Part shown: piece by piece, positions 1 to 12,359 of the stretch
Layout of the letters: each line of letters starts with the position of its first letter
Position numbering within the stretch: the first letter of the stretch is position 1
Source of the DNA: Narcine bancroftii
Lineage: Eukaryota
Assembly: GCF_036971445.1 (NCBI RefSeq)
Contig: NC_091475.1
Span: forward strand, 196,788,001-196,852,000
Reading direction: 5' to 3'
DNA: 64,000 bases
The notes under the pieces: generated by a model
The model's database searches: none
What the model saw: the letters and a program-made list of their open reading frames with translations, nothing else
What the model was told of the DNA's origin: nothing
Position numbers and translations under genes: made by a program

Positions 1-451
1 CTCACAAGCTGATCTCATCTCTGGAATACTTCTCCTTATTTCATTCCATAAAGCAAAACAAAGCACAGATTCTGGAAATCCCAAATAAAAAAATGAGAAT
101 GTTGGAACGACCAATCAGGCATTGCAACATCTGTAGTGACAGAGAAACTGAGTGAATGTTTTAGATCAATTTCACTTTTCTGTGTTAAATTTCATTAGCC
201 ACTGACCCACACCATCCATTGGTTTGTCTATATTGTCTTTACGTCTATTGTCACAAATGCTGCCTGATTTCCTCAGTATTTTCAGCATTACTTGATATTA
301 TTTCAGATTTCCAGCGCAGTATTTGCCAGATTGATTTGTACACATCCTAGTAAGTTCATAAATCAATATTAGGACAAGCTGTGTTCTTATCATCAATCCC
401 ACAGAAATACAACTGTACATTCTCTTATAATCTGGAAGGATCTATTAACTC

Positions 452-3400
452 TGACAAAGTCCTAACCCCTGCCTTAAGCAGGTAGGAGAAGGAAGCTGAA
501 GAAATGAAGAGTACAAAAAGCCGGTTATAGCGACCATTTCCCTTTATAATCGCTTGAGAACATATAGCTGGTTGTAATGACTCATTAATTTTAAAATGTC
601 CACTTCAATACCATTGAGTTTTCCATTGTTTACTTGCCCATTCAGAGCCAGCTCTTCAGCGCTTGACATCCTGTTTTGCGGAAACTGCCAAAATGTTTGG
701 CCTGGAAGTCAGCCTGAAGAAAACTGAGGTCCTCCATCAGCCAGCTCCCCACCATGACTACCAGCCCCCCCACATCTCTATCGGGCAACAAAACTCAAAA
801 CGGTCAACCAGTTTACCTATCTCGGCTGCACCATTTCATCAGATGCAAGGATCGACAACGAGATAGACAACAGACTCGCCAAGGCAAATAGCGCCTTTGG
901 AAGACTACACAAAAGAGTCTGGAAAAACAACAAACTGAAAAACCTCACAAAGATAAGCGTCTACAGAGCCGTTGTCATACCCACACTCTTGTTCGGCTCC
1001 GAATCATGGGTCCTCTACCGGCATCACCTACGGATCCTAGAACGCTTCCACCAGCGTTGTCTCCGCTCCATCCTCAACATTCATTGGAGCGCTTTCATCC
1101 CTAACGTCGAAGTACTCGAGATGGCAGAGGTCGACAGCATCGAGTCCACGCTGCTGAAGATCCAGCTGCGCTGGGTGGGTCACGTCTCCAGAATGGAGGA
1201 CCATCGCCTTCCCAAGATCGTGTTATATGGCGAGATCTCCACTGGCCACCGTGACAGAGGTGCACCAAAGAAGAGGTACAAGGACTGCCTAAAGAAATCT
1301 CTTGGTGCCTGCCACATTGACCACCGCCAGTGGGCTGCTATCGCCTCAAACCGTGCATCTTGGCGCCTCACAGTTCGGCGGGCAGCAACCTCCTTTGAAG
1401 AAGACCGCAGAGCCCACCTCACTGACAAAAGGCAAAGGAGGAAAAACCCAACACCCAACCCCAACCCACCAATTTTCCCCTGCAGCCGCTGCAACCGTGT
1501 CTGCCTGTCCCGCATCGGACTTGTCAGCCACAAATGAGCCTGCAGCTGACGTGGACATTTACCCCCTCCATAAATCTTCGTCCGCGAAGCCAAGCCAAAG
1601 ACTTGCACTCTAAACAATAAACTATACTTAAAACAATTAATAAATGAACAACAAGATCTGAATACATTCAAAATTACACTGTCAAAGAAAATTGTCTGGA
1701 CCAGCTCCATATTCTTGATTCTAACAGCACAAAAGCACATTCAAAACTAACTATTTTATTTACCTAAGATGGTCAAAAACACAACATTTAACCTTGATAA
1801 GAGAGCTGTTACTATGGAGACACTCAAAACAATGTTATCAATCTTTGTGCAAAGTACTGAAACTGACAAGATGTTTTTGAGCCATCTTAAGTAATTTTAA
1901 CCCTTACAATACTGGCCCCTAATTATTATATCTAAAAATAATAATGGCCACTACAAAGAAAATCAAATATTATAATGCATTGCGGAAATATTCAAAAGAA
2001 AGCGAAGGTCAGTTATTAAAGCTTTCTGCTTCTTGTAAAAGAATGTTTCTTCGTAATCAGAATGTGTATAAAGCGAGTTTTAGTTTCCAGGGATTCACTT
2101 TGTGCACAAGAGAAGTCCTCTTTCTCTTTTGGTTGTGGAAAAGATAGGGCTCAAACAAGATTGGTTGCTAAAACTCACTCTGGCTTTCATTTGGCTTTTC
2201 CTGTAATTCTGGATCCAATTTTGCAACTTCCAATTCAGTCTCAATTTCTGAACATTTGTCTTGAAGTTTCTCATTATATTCTCTCTGGGTCTTCAAGAAT
2301 GTACCTTGATGGTTCTCCATAGTCATTTGTCTTGGGTCATTAAACGATAACCTGTTCTCTTTCAAAAAAGGAATCTCCTCCTCCAACCTTTTGCATCTTG
2401 AAAATGCTGAATTCTTTTCTTCAATAACTGCACTCATTTCTTCATCAGTTATTTTCTCTTCCGCTTGGTTTTACGAATCCTGTTTACAGTTAATTCTCCA
2501 TTCTTGTCAACTGCTTCCCTCAGCTTCGCTTTTGGTTACGTTCAACACTGAGGAATCATCAGATTCCGTTTTGTTTTGCAAGTACAAACTTAAAATCCTT
2601 TTGGTCGCTGTTTTCTGGACCATCCAACTCTTCCTAAGTTCTTTCTCAGTATTTTGTACTCTGATGGCAGTTGCACCATATTGTCAGATTTGTTTCCAGA
2701 CATTTGTTTCATTCCTGCCCTGATTTATCTTTGCAAAATACTTCTAATGCCTCATTTTATCCCTTTTTGATTAAAATGATTTCTTCTTCTTCACTGATTT
2801 TGATGCTTTTGATTTATTTTCGTCAGTAAGATTTTCTAAGAACTGTTTGCATTCTTTTGAAGGGTCATTGAATTTCACAACAGATATCATATTGACATTT
2901 GCTGACTGCTTCTGAGCAATATCATTCTTTCTTTCTAATGCTCCATTGATTTTCCTTCCAGGCATAAGCGTAAGGTCCATCTCTCACACTAGGTATTTCT
3001 TCTATTGGTTCCAGACTCTTTGGCACATCTAAGCCAATTAGCATCTCCATCTCAGTCCTATCTTCCAGATATGACAACTGATCCACATCGTTTTGATGTG
3101 GGATCTGACCTAGATGTACAGGCATTGTCGTCTGCGTGTATATGCCTTGAAGATCACAAAAATCGTTGCTATGTTTTCCAGCAGCCTCTAACCCTGAAAC
3201 CATGTTAGATTTAAGAACCTTTCTTTGTCCCATGGTTTTCAATAGAATCTTTCTCTTTATTCCATCAAGATTAAGCCTTTTTCAAAATAATGTAGTGCTT
3301 CCTGGGTCAAGAAATGCATAAGTGTGTACTGTTCCATTTCCGTCCTTGGCCTTAACTTGTACAGGTACTATCGAGAGCTTGCAGTTATCTGCACTGACCA

Positions 3401-3945
3401 CTTGTCAATACTGAAGCCTCACCACTGTTTTCATCTATTTCCTTCATCAATGTTTGTTCCTTTTCTGTATCCTTCTTTTCATATGAAGACATGTAGCATT
3501 TTGGGATGCCTTTGACGACATATATCACAGCTGAGTCACTTTTTGTTACCTTTTCCTTCAAAAAAATGACTTTCTCACTATGTGTCTTCTTCTCCATTTT
3601 GTGCACATTTTCCCCAAATCGTACTTATCGTTACATAACAAAAACATTTTCTCAACAGGCAAACTTTAATTTTCCTTCATTCCTTTATCCACCACTGTCC
3701 GAGAGGTGGAAAATGCATTTTTCTTCATTTTTGGTTGAGGATTCAATTTGGACTTTTCAACTTCTTTACTTATTGCTTGAGTACCCTTAATTCCATACAC
3801 TGGATCTGCAACAACATTCATCTGTCCTTCAATAAACTCCACAAAATCCTTGTTGAATCATCCTTGATATTCTCCACAATTCTCTCATCCAGTTTGGTCA
3901 TTTATGTACAATGTCTACCATATTCTGAGGTATGTCAAGCTCTTC
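452..3945 (-). mobile_element. Degenerate, internally deleted BEL/Pao LTR retrotransposon (gag zinc knuckle, protease, pol remnants, PPT, putative 3' LTR ~452-1908 interrupted by an RTE)
   Basis: Minus-strand peptides: SCDICRQRHPKMLH (~3490-3535), TYAFLDPGSTT (~3290-3323), LIGLDVPKSLEPIEEIPSVRDGPYA (ORF 2922-3242) and terminal ILLQEAES. The PPT-like aattaggggccagta is followed by tgtaaggg at 1908. The left LTR end (~452) is tentative. Confidence 0.7.
638..1600 (+). mobile_element. 5'-truncated RTE-clade LINE (RT C-terminal part and 3' end)
   Basis: ORFs 663-866 and 989-1537 contain LERFHQRCLRSILNIHW, QLRWVGHVSRMEDHRLPKIVLYGE and a terminal CxxC. Tail gaagccaagccaaag. TSD acttgc at 632-637 and 1601-1606. 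Frameshift near 785 and a premature TGA at 1535-1537. Confidence 0.9.
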
Positions 3946-4107
3946 GTGATCCTCCTGACCACTAGAGGGTGTCAGAGACCAGTTTGTGGCAATTCAGCTG
4001 GATTCAAAATGGATGCTTACACACGGTTGTGTGCTTACTTTAGTTAATAAAGTATCGTTGTTTTAAAAGAACCCAAGTTTCTTTATTACAGTAAAAGAAA
4101 CATCACA
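3946..4107 (+). mobile_element. 5'-truncated solo LTR of the same family as the Gypsy element at 35201-38833
   Basis: Shares gtgatcctcctgaccactag...aataaag...gttgttttaaaagaacccaagtttctttat...atcaca with both LTRs of that element. Confidence 0.8.
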
Positions 4108-4299
4108 GCTATGGCAAGGTGACATTTTGTTACCACTAAAACCTCTGCTGAAATATTCATTTTGTACCATTTTACACCATAGAAACAGGCCGGGCAGTGG
4201 AGTTGCGTGGGAAAATGGATCAGCTCATGATTAAATAGCAGGGAATATTTGATGGGCTGACTAGCCCATTCCTGCTCCAATGCTTCAGTGGAGGCTATT

Positions 4300-4580
4300 C
4301 TAAAACTAGAAGGCATAGATTTAAGCTTGAAGAGGAAATATTTAAAAGTGACCTGAGGGGCATCTTTTTCACATGGAAGGTGATTGGTAAATGCAACGAG
4401 TTTCTTGAGGAAGTGGGAGGAGGTGGGTATAATTACAATGGTTAAAAGTTATTTCGACAGGCAGGTGGATAGGAAAGGCTTAGCGGTATATGGGCCAAAC
4501 ATAAATGGGAATAACTTTGTCAACATGGACTAATTGGGCTGCAAAGTTTGTTTCCATGGTGAAAAACTCTACAACATGAA
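4300..4580 (+). mobile_element. CR1 LINE 3' fragment
   Basis: Resembles the CR1 ORF2 end and 3' UTR (tttaaaagtgacctgaggggcatctttttcac...) seen repeatedly in this window. Confidence 0.65.
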
Positions 4581-4872
4581 TGTTTCAGTAGAGGTTAGTG
4601 GTAACAAAATGTAACCTTGCTGATTTCTAGCAGAAAAGTAAGTTGTAACATGCAACAAAATTTATGGATCTCAAGTTCCTTTTCAATGTCACCACTACAT
4701 TTGTAGTACAGTCATTCAATGTGGAAACAGGCCCCTGGCCGACTGAACACCAACTGATTCTAATCCCACATTCCCATCAATTGCTCTCAGCTTCCTTCAC
4801 ACCGCAGTCCATTTACAATAGCCTGTTAATTGAACACGTTGCACATCTATGGGACATGGGAAGAAGCCACAT

Positions 4873-5095
4873 TGGGCAGTTCGGACAAAGCTGTGACAGC
4901 ACCAACAACTGGGGTTCGAATCCGCCACTCTGTTAGAAGTTTGTACACTCTCCAAAGTGTCTGCCTTGGGCTTCCTCCAGGTGCTCCAGTTTCTGCCCAC
5001 TGTTCAAAAAAGCGCTGGGGTTGTAGGTCAATTGGGCAGCACAAGATTGTGGGCTGAAAGAGCCTGTTACTGTGTTGTATGTCTAAGTTTAAATT
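4873..5095 (+). mobile_element. tRNA-derived V-SINE/HE1-like SINE
   Basis: B box ggttcgaatcc (4913-4923), V-domain-like core gtttgtacactctcc...cctccaggtgctccagtttc and a CR1-like tail. Confidence 0.75.
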
Positions 5096-5399
5096 TAACA
5101 TTTTTAGAAATAAAACACACAACTCCTGGAGGCTATCCATGCAGGTAGAACTGTGAGTCAGGGGCTCCACTGACTGCACCACTGCATTGCGCATTCTTGG
5201 GTGAACTCCTCACTAATTATTAATATAACTGTAAAAAGTGAAAATAACAATTCTCTTGCACTCTGATCTTTCATTTGATCACATATTGATCTCATATTGA
5301 TCTCCCATATGAATGCCATATTGGTACATTTTATCCATATCGGATTTTGAAGATACAAGAGAGTTGCAACACAGTTGGACACGTTACCCCTCAGGTCCC

Positions 5400-5660
5400 G
5401 CTTAAGATGAGAGGGGAGAGATTTAAGAGCAATCTGAGGGGAAAAAAAAAAAATTATTCAGAGGGTATCTATATCTGGAACAAGCCACCAGAGGAAGCTG
5501 TAGAAGTGTGTAGACTTGTGGAGAAGTATATGGATAGCAAGGGCTGAGAAGGATATAGACCTGGTAAATGGGTCCAGGTCAGAATGCCAACTTGGTCAGT
5601 ATAGATGACTTGGGCAGAAGGGCCTGTTATGTGCTGTATGTCTCCAAGATTCCATGAGTT
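5400..5660 (+). mobile_element. CR1 LINE 3' fragment
   Basis: Encodes LKMRGERFKSNLRG...IWNKPPEEAVE, the CR1 ORF2 C-terminus, followed by the 3' UTR. Confidence 0.7.
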
Positions 5661-6514
5661 GGAGATGTGATCTCTCAGACAGGTTTTAAAGCATTGATCT
5701 TCTCTCTCTGAAATTGGGTGTAAATTATGCCATTTTGAAGAACTGATGGTTTATGCCATGCTTTCTGGACAAAATTTCAATCAATATTTCTATAAAAAAG
5801 AAACCCCTGGTTACGTTTGTTTTTTTTTTCTTTTGTGTGAGCTTGTTACATATTAATGGCTGCCAAGTTTCTAACATTTCAACAGTGATCCTGTTTCAAA
5901 CCTATTTCTCTCTCTGTAACACATCCTGGGTTCTTCGTAGAAGAGAAATACAACACAAAGTCATTGCTTATGTGGTTATACGTTCATCAGAAAAGATTTG
6001 GGATAGTTTCAGTCCATTTACTGCTGAAATTCCAGATATTTCATCAAAGACTATGCACTTAGAAACAGTCCAATTTCCCGATCTTAGTAAAAAGTTCCAC
6101 CTAAGAATTTCTGCTTCATTTTATATAATTTTTGCATGCTCCTCAGAAAAATAGCTTGATGCAAATGGGGTGGCAGTTGGTGAAATCTGAAATCCACATT
6201 TTGGAATCATCCCTCTGTTACACCATTAATTTCTACCACTGGTAAAAAAAAAAGCCCAGCAAGTTTTCGATGGGTGCATGTAAAGGTGGAAAATTCTTAT
6301 GTATCTGTATGACAAAGAAATAGGCCATTTGGTGCATCAAGCTCAAAACTGCTTATCAGTACTAGGCTCCCAAATGTCCCAATAATATCCAACATAGAGA
6401 TGTGACGGTATCCTTTATTATGATCTGAAGGTCTGCTCTCAAGTGTTGGTGGAGCAAATACATTGGGGCCTAGGCTTGCTTGTAGACCAGAAATCCCAGC
6501 AATCTTGTAGCATG

Positions 6515-6865
6515 ATTCTTTATCTTCTTTCTCTCTCTCAACCCTCTCTCACACATTCTCTAACTATCTCTCTCTTTCTCCCTCTCTCTTTCCCACTCCC
6601 TCTTTCCCTCACTCTCTCCACTCTCTTATTCTCTCATTATCTCCTCCTCTCTCTTATTTTTTAATTTTTTTTAGTTTTTATTTTTTTTTTCTTTTTGTGG
6701 GGAGGGTTTCTCTTTTAAATTGGGATTCGCCGTCCCCTCCCCGAGAAAAAAAGGACCGACCAAAATGCGAGCCCAGCAACCTCTCTTCCCCTCTCTCTTC
6801 TCTCTCTCCTTCTCCTCTTCCTTCTCTCTCTCTCTCCCCCCCCCTCTGTCTCTCTCCATCTCTCA
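6515..6865. repeat. Degenerate (CT)n / polypyrimidine low-complexity tracts
   Basis: CT-rich runs at ~6515-6695 and ~6780-6865, visible directly. Confidence 0.85.
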
Positions 6866-7794
6866 ATTGCACAATATTTCCAAGTTGGTGATAATGATGA
6901 TGAAAATAAAACATTTGAACGAGAAAGACATGGGAGATTTAAATGAACAGGAGAGAAACAAATCCTAAGCTGGACTTGAGTAAAACTCATTAGTTATGTA
7001 TCTTTATCTTTGCTCCATAAGGTACACCGTTTGTCCTGCTAAGTTTCTCCAGCATTGTGTTCTTATATATGCTGGGCTTTCTCTCTCTTTCGAAGGGAGT
7101 GAAAAATCATGATGACTCTTTGTGGATATCCTTAGCCATCTGATGTAGGCACCAAGCAGCACATATTTTGTTCATGAGGTGATGACGAGGCAGAAGTGAT
7201 GGACTGTCCTTCAAACATTCACCTCAGGTCCAAAATAAAATGCTTACTCAGTCCTCAGAGACTTGTTTTTACCTCACTGTGGCTGAAGAAACAGAATTGA
7301 TTGTTTGAGCTTCTTCTGGTGGAACAATGAAGAGAAATGGAGTATTCCACTGAGTGCAAAGACATGGATATTCATCAAGCTAACCATGAAGAACCCCACT
7401 GTAAACTGCACCACAAGTTCCCATTGGACGCATAGTTACATGACCTGTTGTGAAACATGGCTTCACCAGAATTGTGACCACATGAATTCAATACCTTCAA
7501 TAAATGTAAATGCACTGTTTACCTCACTTTTGGAAGGCCTTTTAGTGAGCTCAAGTGCAACCTTCATTAGGAGCTAAACCGACTCAACCAACTGAAGCAG
7601 CGGCTCAATGATTAAAAGATGAAACTTAACATCTTGATGTTGTAAAGTGAGGCCAGTTTGGGAATAAGGTCTGAACTGGTGCCATAGCGTTCTAATTAAT
7701 CATTTTGGCAGGAAAAAAGTGCAGAAACACATTTCATGATTGCCTCTAGAATTCCATTAATTGAATTACAGTACTGGGGCATCAAGATTACCCT

Positions 7795-8215
7795 TAAACT
7801 GGAGGAACAACTCTAAATTTTCCGTCGGGTACTCTCCCACCAGATGGCACTAACACTGAATTATCCAGTTTCTGCTAGCCTACTCTCTCTTCTCCCTTCC
7901 CTTTCCCCTTTGTCTTCTTTCCTCCAGCTCTCCACCCCCTTCCCTCTCCATTCACAGTCATCCCTACTTCCCCTGCTTGCTGGTGAGCCCTCCTTCCCTT
8001 ATCCACCTCTTGCCTTTGGGACCATTGTCCTCTCCCTCCTCCAGCATTTTATTCGGGTGCCAGTCTACATTTTTTCATACCTTGATGTAGGGTTCAAGCC
8101 CGAAGCATTGGTTATGTATATTTATCTTTGCTATATAAAGTATACTGACCTGCTGAGTTTCTCCAGCAGAATGTTTTTACTTCAACCGTGGTGTCCGCAA
8201 GTTTTTGTGTAATGC
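7795..8215 (+). mobile_element. Penelope-like element 3' end / pseudo-LTR with a degenerate hammerhead motif
   Basis: Degenerate ORF end KLEEQ..IFR.GTL.PDG.N, a pyrimidine-rich UTR, ccttgatgtagggttcaagcccgaagcattgg (~8080-8111) and tail ctgctgagtttctccagca. Confidence 0.75.
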
Positions 8216-8253
8216 CTCCTTGAATTCAATTGCAGCCACTATTCGATCTAATC

Positions 8254-8752
8254 TTTTTTTCTTTGGCTTGGCTTCGCGGATGAAGATTTATGGAGAAGCA
8301 ATGTCCACGTCAGCTGCAGGCTCGTTTGTGGCTGACAAGTCTGATGCGGGACAGGCAGACACGGTTGAAGCGGTTGCAAGGGAAAATTGGTTGGTTGGGG
8401 TTGGGTATTGGGTTTTACCTCCTTTGTCTTTTGTCAGTGAGGTGGGCTCTGTGGTCTTCTTCAAAGGAGGTTGCTGCCCGCCGAACTGTGAGGCGCCAAG
8501 ATGCACGGTTTGAGGCGTTATCAGCCCACTGGCGGTGGTCAATGTGGCAGGCACCAAGAGATTTCTTTAGGCAGTCCTTGTACCTTTTCTTTGGTGCACC
8601 TCTGTCACGGTGGCCAGTGGAGAGCTCGCCATATAACAGGATCTTGGGAAGGCGATGGTCCTCCATTCTGGAGACGTGACCCATCCAGCGCAGCTGGATC
8701 TTCAGCAGCGTGGACTCGATGCTGTCGACCTCTGCCATCTCGAGTACTTCGA
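8254..8752 (-). mobile_element. RTE LINE 3' fragment
   Basis: Near-identical reverse complement of ~1106-1600; ORF 8415-8738. Confidence 0.9.
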
Positions 8753-8857
8753 CAAATCAATCAGCACGCCGGGGTCAAATCACGCAAACTCGCGCCGGGG
8801 ATTGATGGCGTCGGCCCCTACTCACATCCCTGGTGTCAGTTAATGCCAGTGGCCTGA

Positions 8858-9202
8858 TTCTTTGGCTTGGCTTCGCGGACGAAGATTTATGGAGAGGGTA
8901 AAAAGTCCACGTTAGCTGCATGCTCGTTTGTGGCTGACAAGTCCGATGTGGGACAGGCAGACACGATTGCAGCGGTTGCAGGGGAAAATTGGTTGGTTGG
9001 GGTTGGGTGTTGGGTTTTTCCTCCTTTGCCTTTTGTCAGTGAGGTGGGCTCTGCGGTCTTCTTCAAAGGAGGTTGCTGCCAAACTGTGAGGCGCCAAGAT
9101 GCACGGTTTGAGGCGTTATCAGCCCACTGGCGGTGGTCAATGTGGCAGGCACCAAGAGATTTCTTTAGGCAGTCCTTGTACCTCTTCTTTGGTGCACCTC
9201 TG
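8858..9202 (-). mobile_element. RTE LINE 3' fragment (second tandem copy)
   Basis: Near-identical reverse complement of ~1253-1600, with a small deletion near 9080. Confidence 0.9.
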
Positions 9203-10059
9203 TTAGGAACGTGTGTGTGAAACCTGTGCACTTCAAATGAAATTAGCCTGTAGAGCTTCCATAATTTCACCACAATTCCTTGCACTTGAACTAAACATTT
9301 ATAGTAGGTCTGGACAAAGAGATTGCAAAGAGTTTGGCCATTAACAGAAGTGGTTCAATCAATCCTTGGTCTCTGTCAGACAAGTTGGGATGAACCCATA
9401 TATTCATCCATTTATCCTAGCTTCTAACCATGAAGTGAGGTAGAAATACTGGCTAATTTTTTCCTCCAATATACTGATGGGATACTCCAGATGAAGAGCA
9501 TGGAAACCAGATGTCAATATGTTAACATCTCTTTGGACTGGACAGGGTCCGGTAGAGGGACTCATGTGTAAGTGCTAACCCAATCAATGTGCTGATGTCA
9601 TATCCAAATTGCATTGCTCCATAGTGGGGAGAGGCTAAAAATAAATATTGACAACATTTGTTGTTTCTTAGGATTTTGTGTTTATTTCCTCCCCTCAGAA
9701 ATTCTGTAAGAGTGAATTGTATTCCGTACCTCAGATGTTTGGGTAGTGAATTCTCTAAGGTTGAATTCCCGTGACCAGAATAGCCGTAATTCGGGGAGGG
9801 GGGGTCACCTGTATTGATGCCACTTGATAGCACTGTCAATGACGCTTTCTATTTTTTGAGTACATTCTGATTGTCAGCTTCGTAAGCAGGATAAACATGG
9901 GCAATTTTCCACATTGCTGGCTCCATGTCAATGTTGTACTAACTAGATCATCTGGGTAAATGGCTATCAGCTGGTAGTACTGACATGCAGTGCTTCAAGA
10001 GATTGATAACAGCTCACATTAATTCCAGCCCAACAAAGCTCACTCTAACTTGTATGCTG

Positions 10060-11216
10060 CCAAAAGCAGGTCTGTAGTAGGTACCATCTGCTTGGCACTG
10101 TACTCAGCCCTGGAACACCTGGACATCAAGGTCACTTGTTGCAGACTAGTCATTATTGACTACAGTTGTGCTTTCAACAAAATACAGGTACTCCCCGACT
10201 TATGTCCGCATTCTGTCCTTTGAACGGAAGTGTGTCAGGGAATTGCCCTACCTGTGACACTGAAGAGTAAAATGATCAATTTCTTTCCATTCTCTATCTC
10301 TGAATCATTTCTCATGCTCTCTGTTGCTGTGGACCCTGAGTACCCTGTCGACTCTACTGACCTCTAAAATCTGTCTGACCATCAGAATGTTGAGCGACCC
10401 GATCAAAAAGGAAATGGGACACGAGGAGTTAAAATGGGGTGAAATATCTCAACATGGTGGCCACAAGGCTAGCTCTCGCGAGAGGCTTGGCCACCAACCA
10501 ACATAGCAGCCACCATAGATGGACCCGATTTTCACTGTAATCTCATAAGTTTAAAATTTTTTTAGAACAATTTTGTTCTTCCGTGCAGGTAAGTTGCATA
10601 GGTCGCAAGTTAGTGAGTATCTATCGTACGAAACGATCTAAACTACATGAATTTGGTCTCATCTTCCCTCTCTCTAATTAGATCCAAATTGGTGACAGCA
10701 CCTCTTCCATAATCATCCACAAAATTGGGTCACCACGAAGTGCATCTCAATCCTTTACTATCCTCCACATATGCCCATGACTGCATGGCTAAACACAGCT
10801 CCAACTCCCATCTATAGATTCACAGATTACACCACTTCCACTGCATCCTGTGTTTGCTGTTTCATATACACATGCTGTTTCGCTCTGTTCTCGGTGCTAC
10901 CATCAGGAAAGTGGTCTAGGTGCCACAAGACTCACCCCACCAGGTTCAGGAACAGCTGCTACCCCTCCGCCATCAGACTCTTCAATAACAAACTCAGAGA
11001 CTTATTTATGGACTCTTACTTTCGCACTTTATTGATTTTTTTTTCTCTGTATTGCACATTCAGTTTTTTTACATTTCTTATATATATATCTTTTTGAGTA
11101 TAGTTTTTTGCACTAATAATAATTGGTGATTCTGCCTCGCCCACAGGAAAAGACAACTCAGGGTTGTATGTGATGTCTTGTATGTACTCTGACAATAAAT
11201 CTGAACTTTGAACTTT
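10060..11216 (+). mobile_element. Rex1/Babar-type LINE fragments (RT pieces and 3' end), interrupted by a MITE
   Basis: ALEHLDIK...RLVIIDYSCAFN (~10105-10180), PIYRFTDYTT (~10805-10835), SVLPSGK..R..RFRNSCYPSAIRLFN (~10890-10990), and tail gacaataaatctgaactttgaac. Confidence 0.75.
10185..10623. mobile_element. Tigger/pogo-like MITE
   Basis: Left end TA-caggtactccccgacttatg; degenerate inverted right end aagttagtgagtatcta. Confidence 0.5.
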
Positions 11217-11349
11217 GGATTTAGTCCCAGATTGCAATTTGATCAGGTTGGCCTTTTCTCTTACGAAATGTCTGGCTAGAAGCCAAAGCATTGATCTCTA
11301 GCTTAATTGAAACCATAGCTAGAGAAACCATGAGCTTACAGATTATGGT

Positions 11350-11625
11350 GGGGAGCACGGTTAGCGTAGGGGCAGCACAGTTAACGTAGGGGCAGCACGG
11401 ATGGCATAGCGGTTAGTGCAACGCTATTACAGAGCCAGCGACTGGGAACGGAGTTCAAACCCGACGCTGCCTGCAATGAGTTTGTACATTCTCCCCATGT
11501 CTGTTTCCTCCCACCCTTCAAAGTGGACAGGGGCTGTGGGTCAATTGGATTAATTGAGTGGCATGCGCCCATGGGTCAAAAGGGCCTGATGATGTGCTGT
11601 ACGTCTAAATAAATTAAAATTAAAT
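11350..11625 (+). mobile_element. V-SINE/HE1-like SINE with a triplicated 5' head
   Basis: Three copies of a ~20-nt ggcagcacggttagcgtagg-like unit, B-box-like gagttcaaacc, V-domain core and an AT-rich tail. Confidence 0.75.
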
Positions 11626-12359
11626 ATTTTTCCTGCCAATTATTGTCCCCAGTGGTGTAAAGATCCTAGTTTTATACTTCCACATTTCTTCATATATCCT
11701 ATTTATCCCGATAACAGTGAAGCTCAATAAAGTCAAGGATATCCCTGATATCAAGATGGAACTTTTGTCTCTACATGGATTGTGCATTGGTAATTTCCAC
11801 CAACAATGGGCAGCATGTCCCCTGCAGGTAGATTGGTGAGAACAAGGTCTCTTTGCACTGGCATTTTATCCCAGTAATTAACTGCCAGTCTACCAGTAAA
11901 CATGCCAGTGTGAGCGCTTGCGAATTGGCATGCAGGCCTCAGATCACCCCAGGACAATGACGCCTGCCTGCCGGTTAGCCCAGTGTGAAAGGGACAGGGG
12001 ATATCCTGGGACAAATGAGTGAGGATAGGCAGCCCTCTCCCCTGGGATGCCTGGTGATGAGTGTGAAAGGACGCAGAGAACAGTGGTCCAGTGTGAACGG
12101 CAAAAACAGCTTCTTTAACCAATTCATTGAACAGCCAATTTACTGGTTAGCCATTCCCTCCCTCCATGCTGCAGACTCCGTTCTGGAGCTCTAGCTTTTG
12201 AGACTCGGCGGCTGGCCAGGACAGTGGACATGGAAGTATCCCACTCAGAATACGATCTGTGATCGCACTACTTTCAATGCTTCTTCCGAGGGCAACTCAA
12301 AGTGGAGGAGATCTGATACATCAATGGAGGAGGATAGGTAGTGATCAGGAGGAGTTTGA

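Noticed and set aside
1180-1740. 186-aa antisense ORF, and its counterparts at 8290-8679 and 34245-34529
   Set aside because: These are shadow frames of the RTE coding strand; their recurrence reflects copy identity, not selection.
4873-4930. tRNA gene suggested by the ggttcgaatcc B box (also at 31921)
   Set aside because: No cloverleaf; it continues into a SINE core and tail.
6697-6755. Possible pseudoknot (ggggaggg/ccctcccc and tttctc/gagaaa) between CT tracts
   Set aside because: The loop lengths do not fit an H-type pseudoknot, and such matches are expected in low-complexity, error-prone sequence.
6443-6990. Arg/Glu-rich and Leu/Ser-rich ORFs
   Set aside because: They are translations of CT/GA microsatellite.
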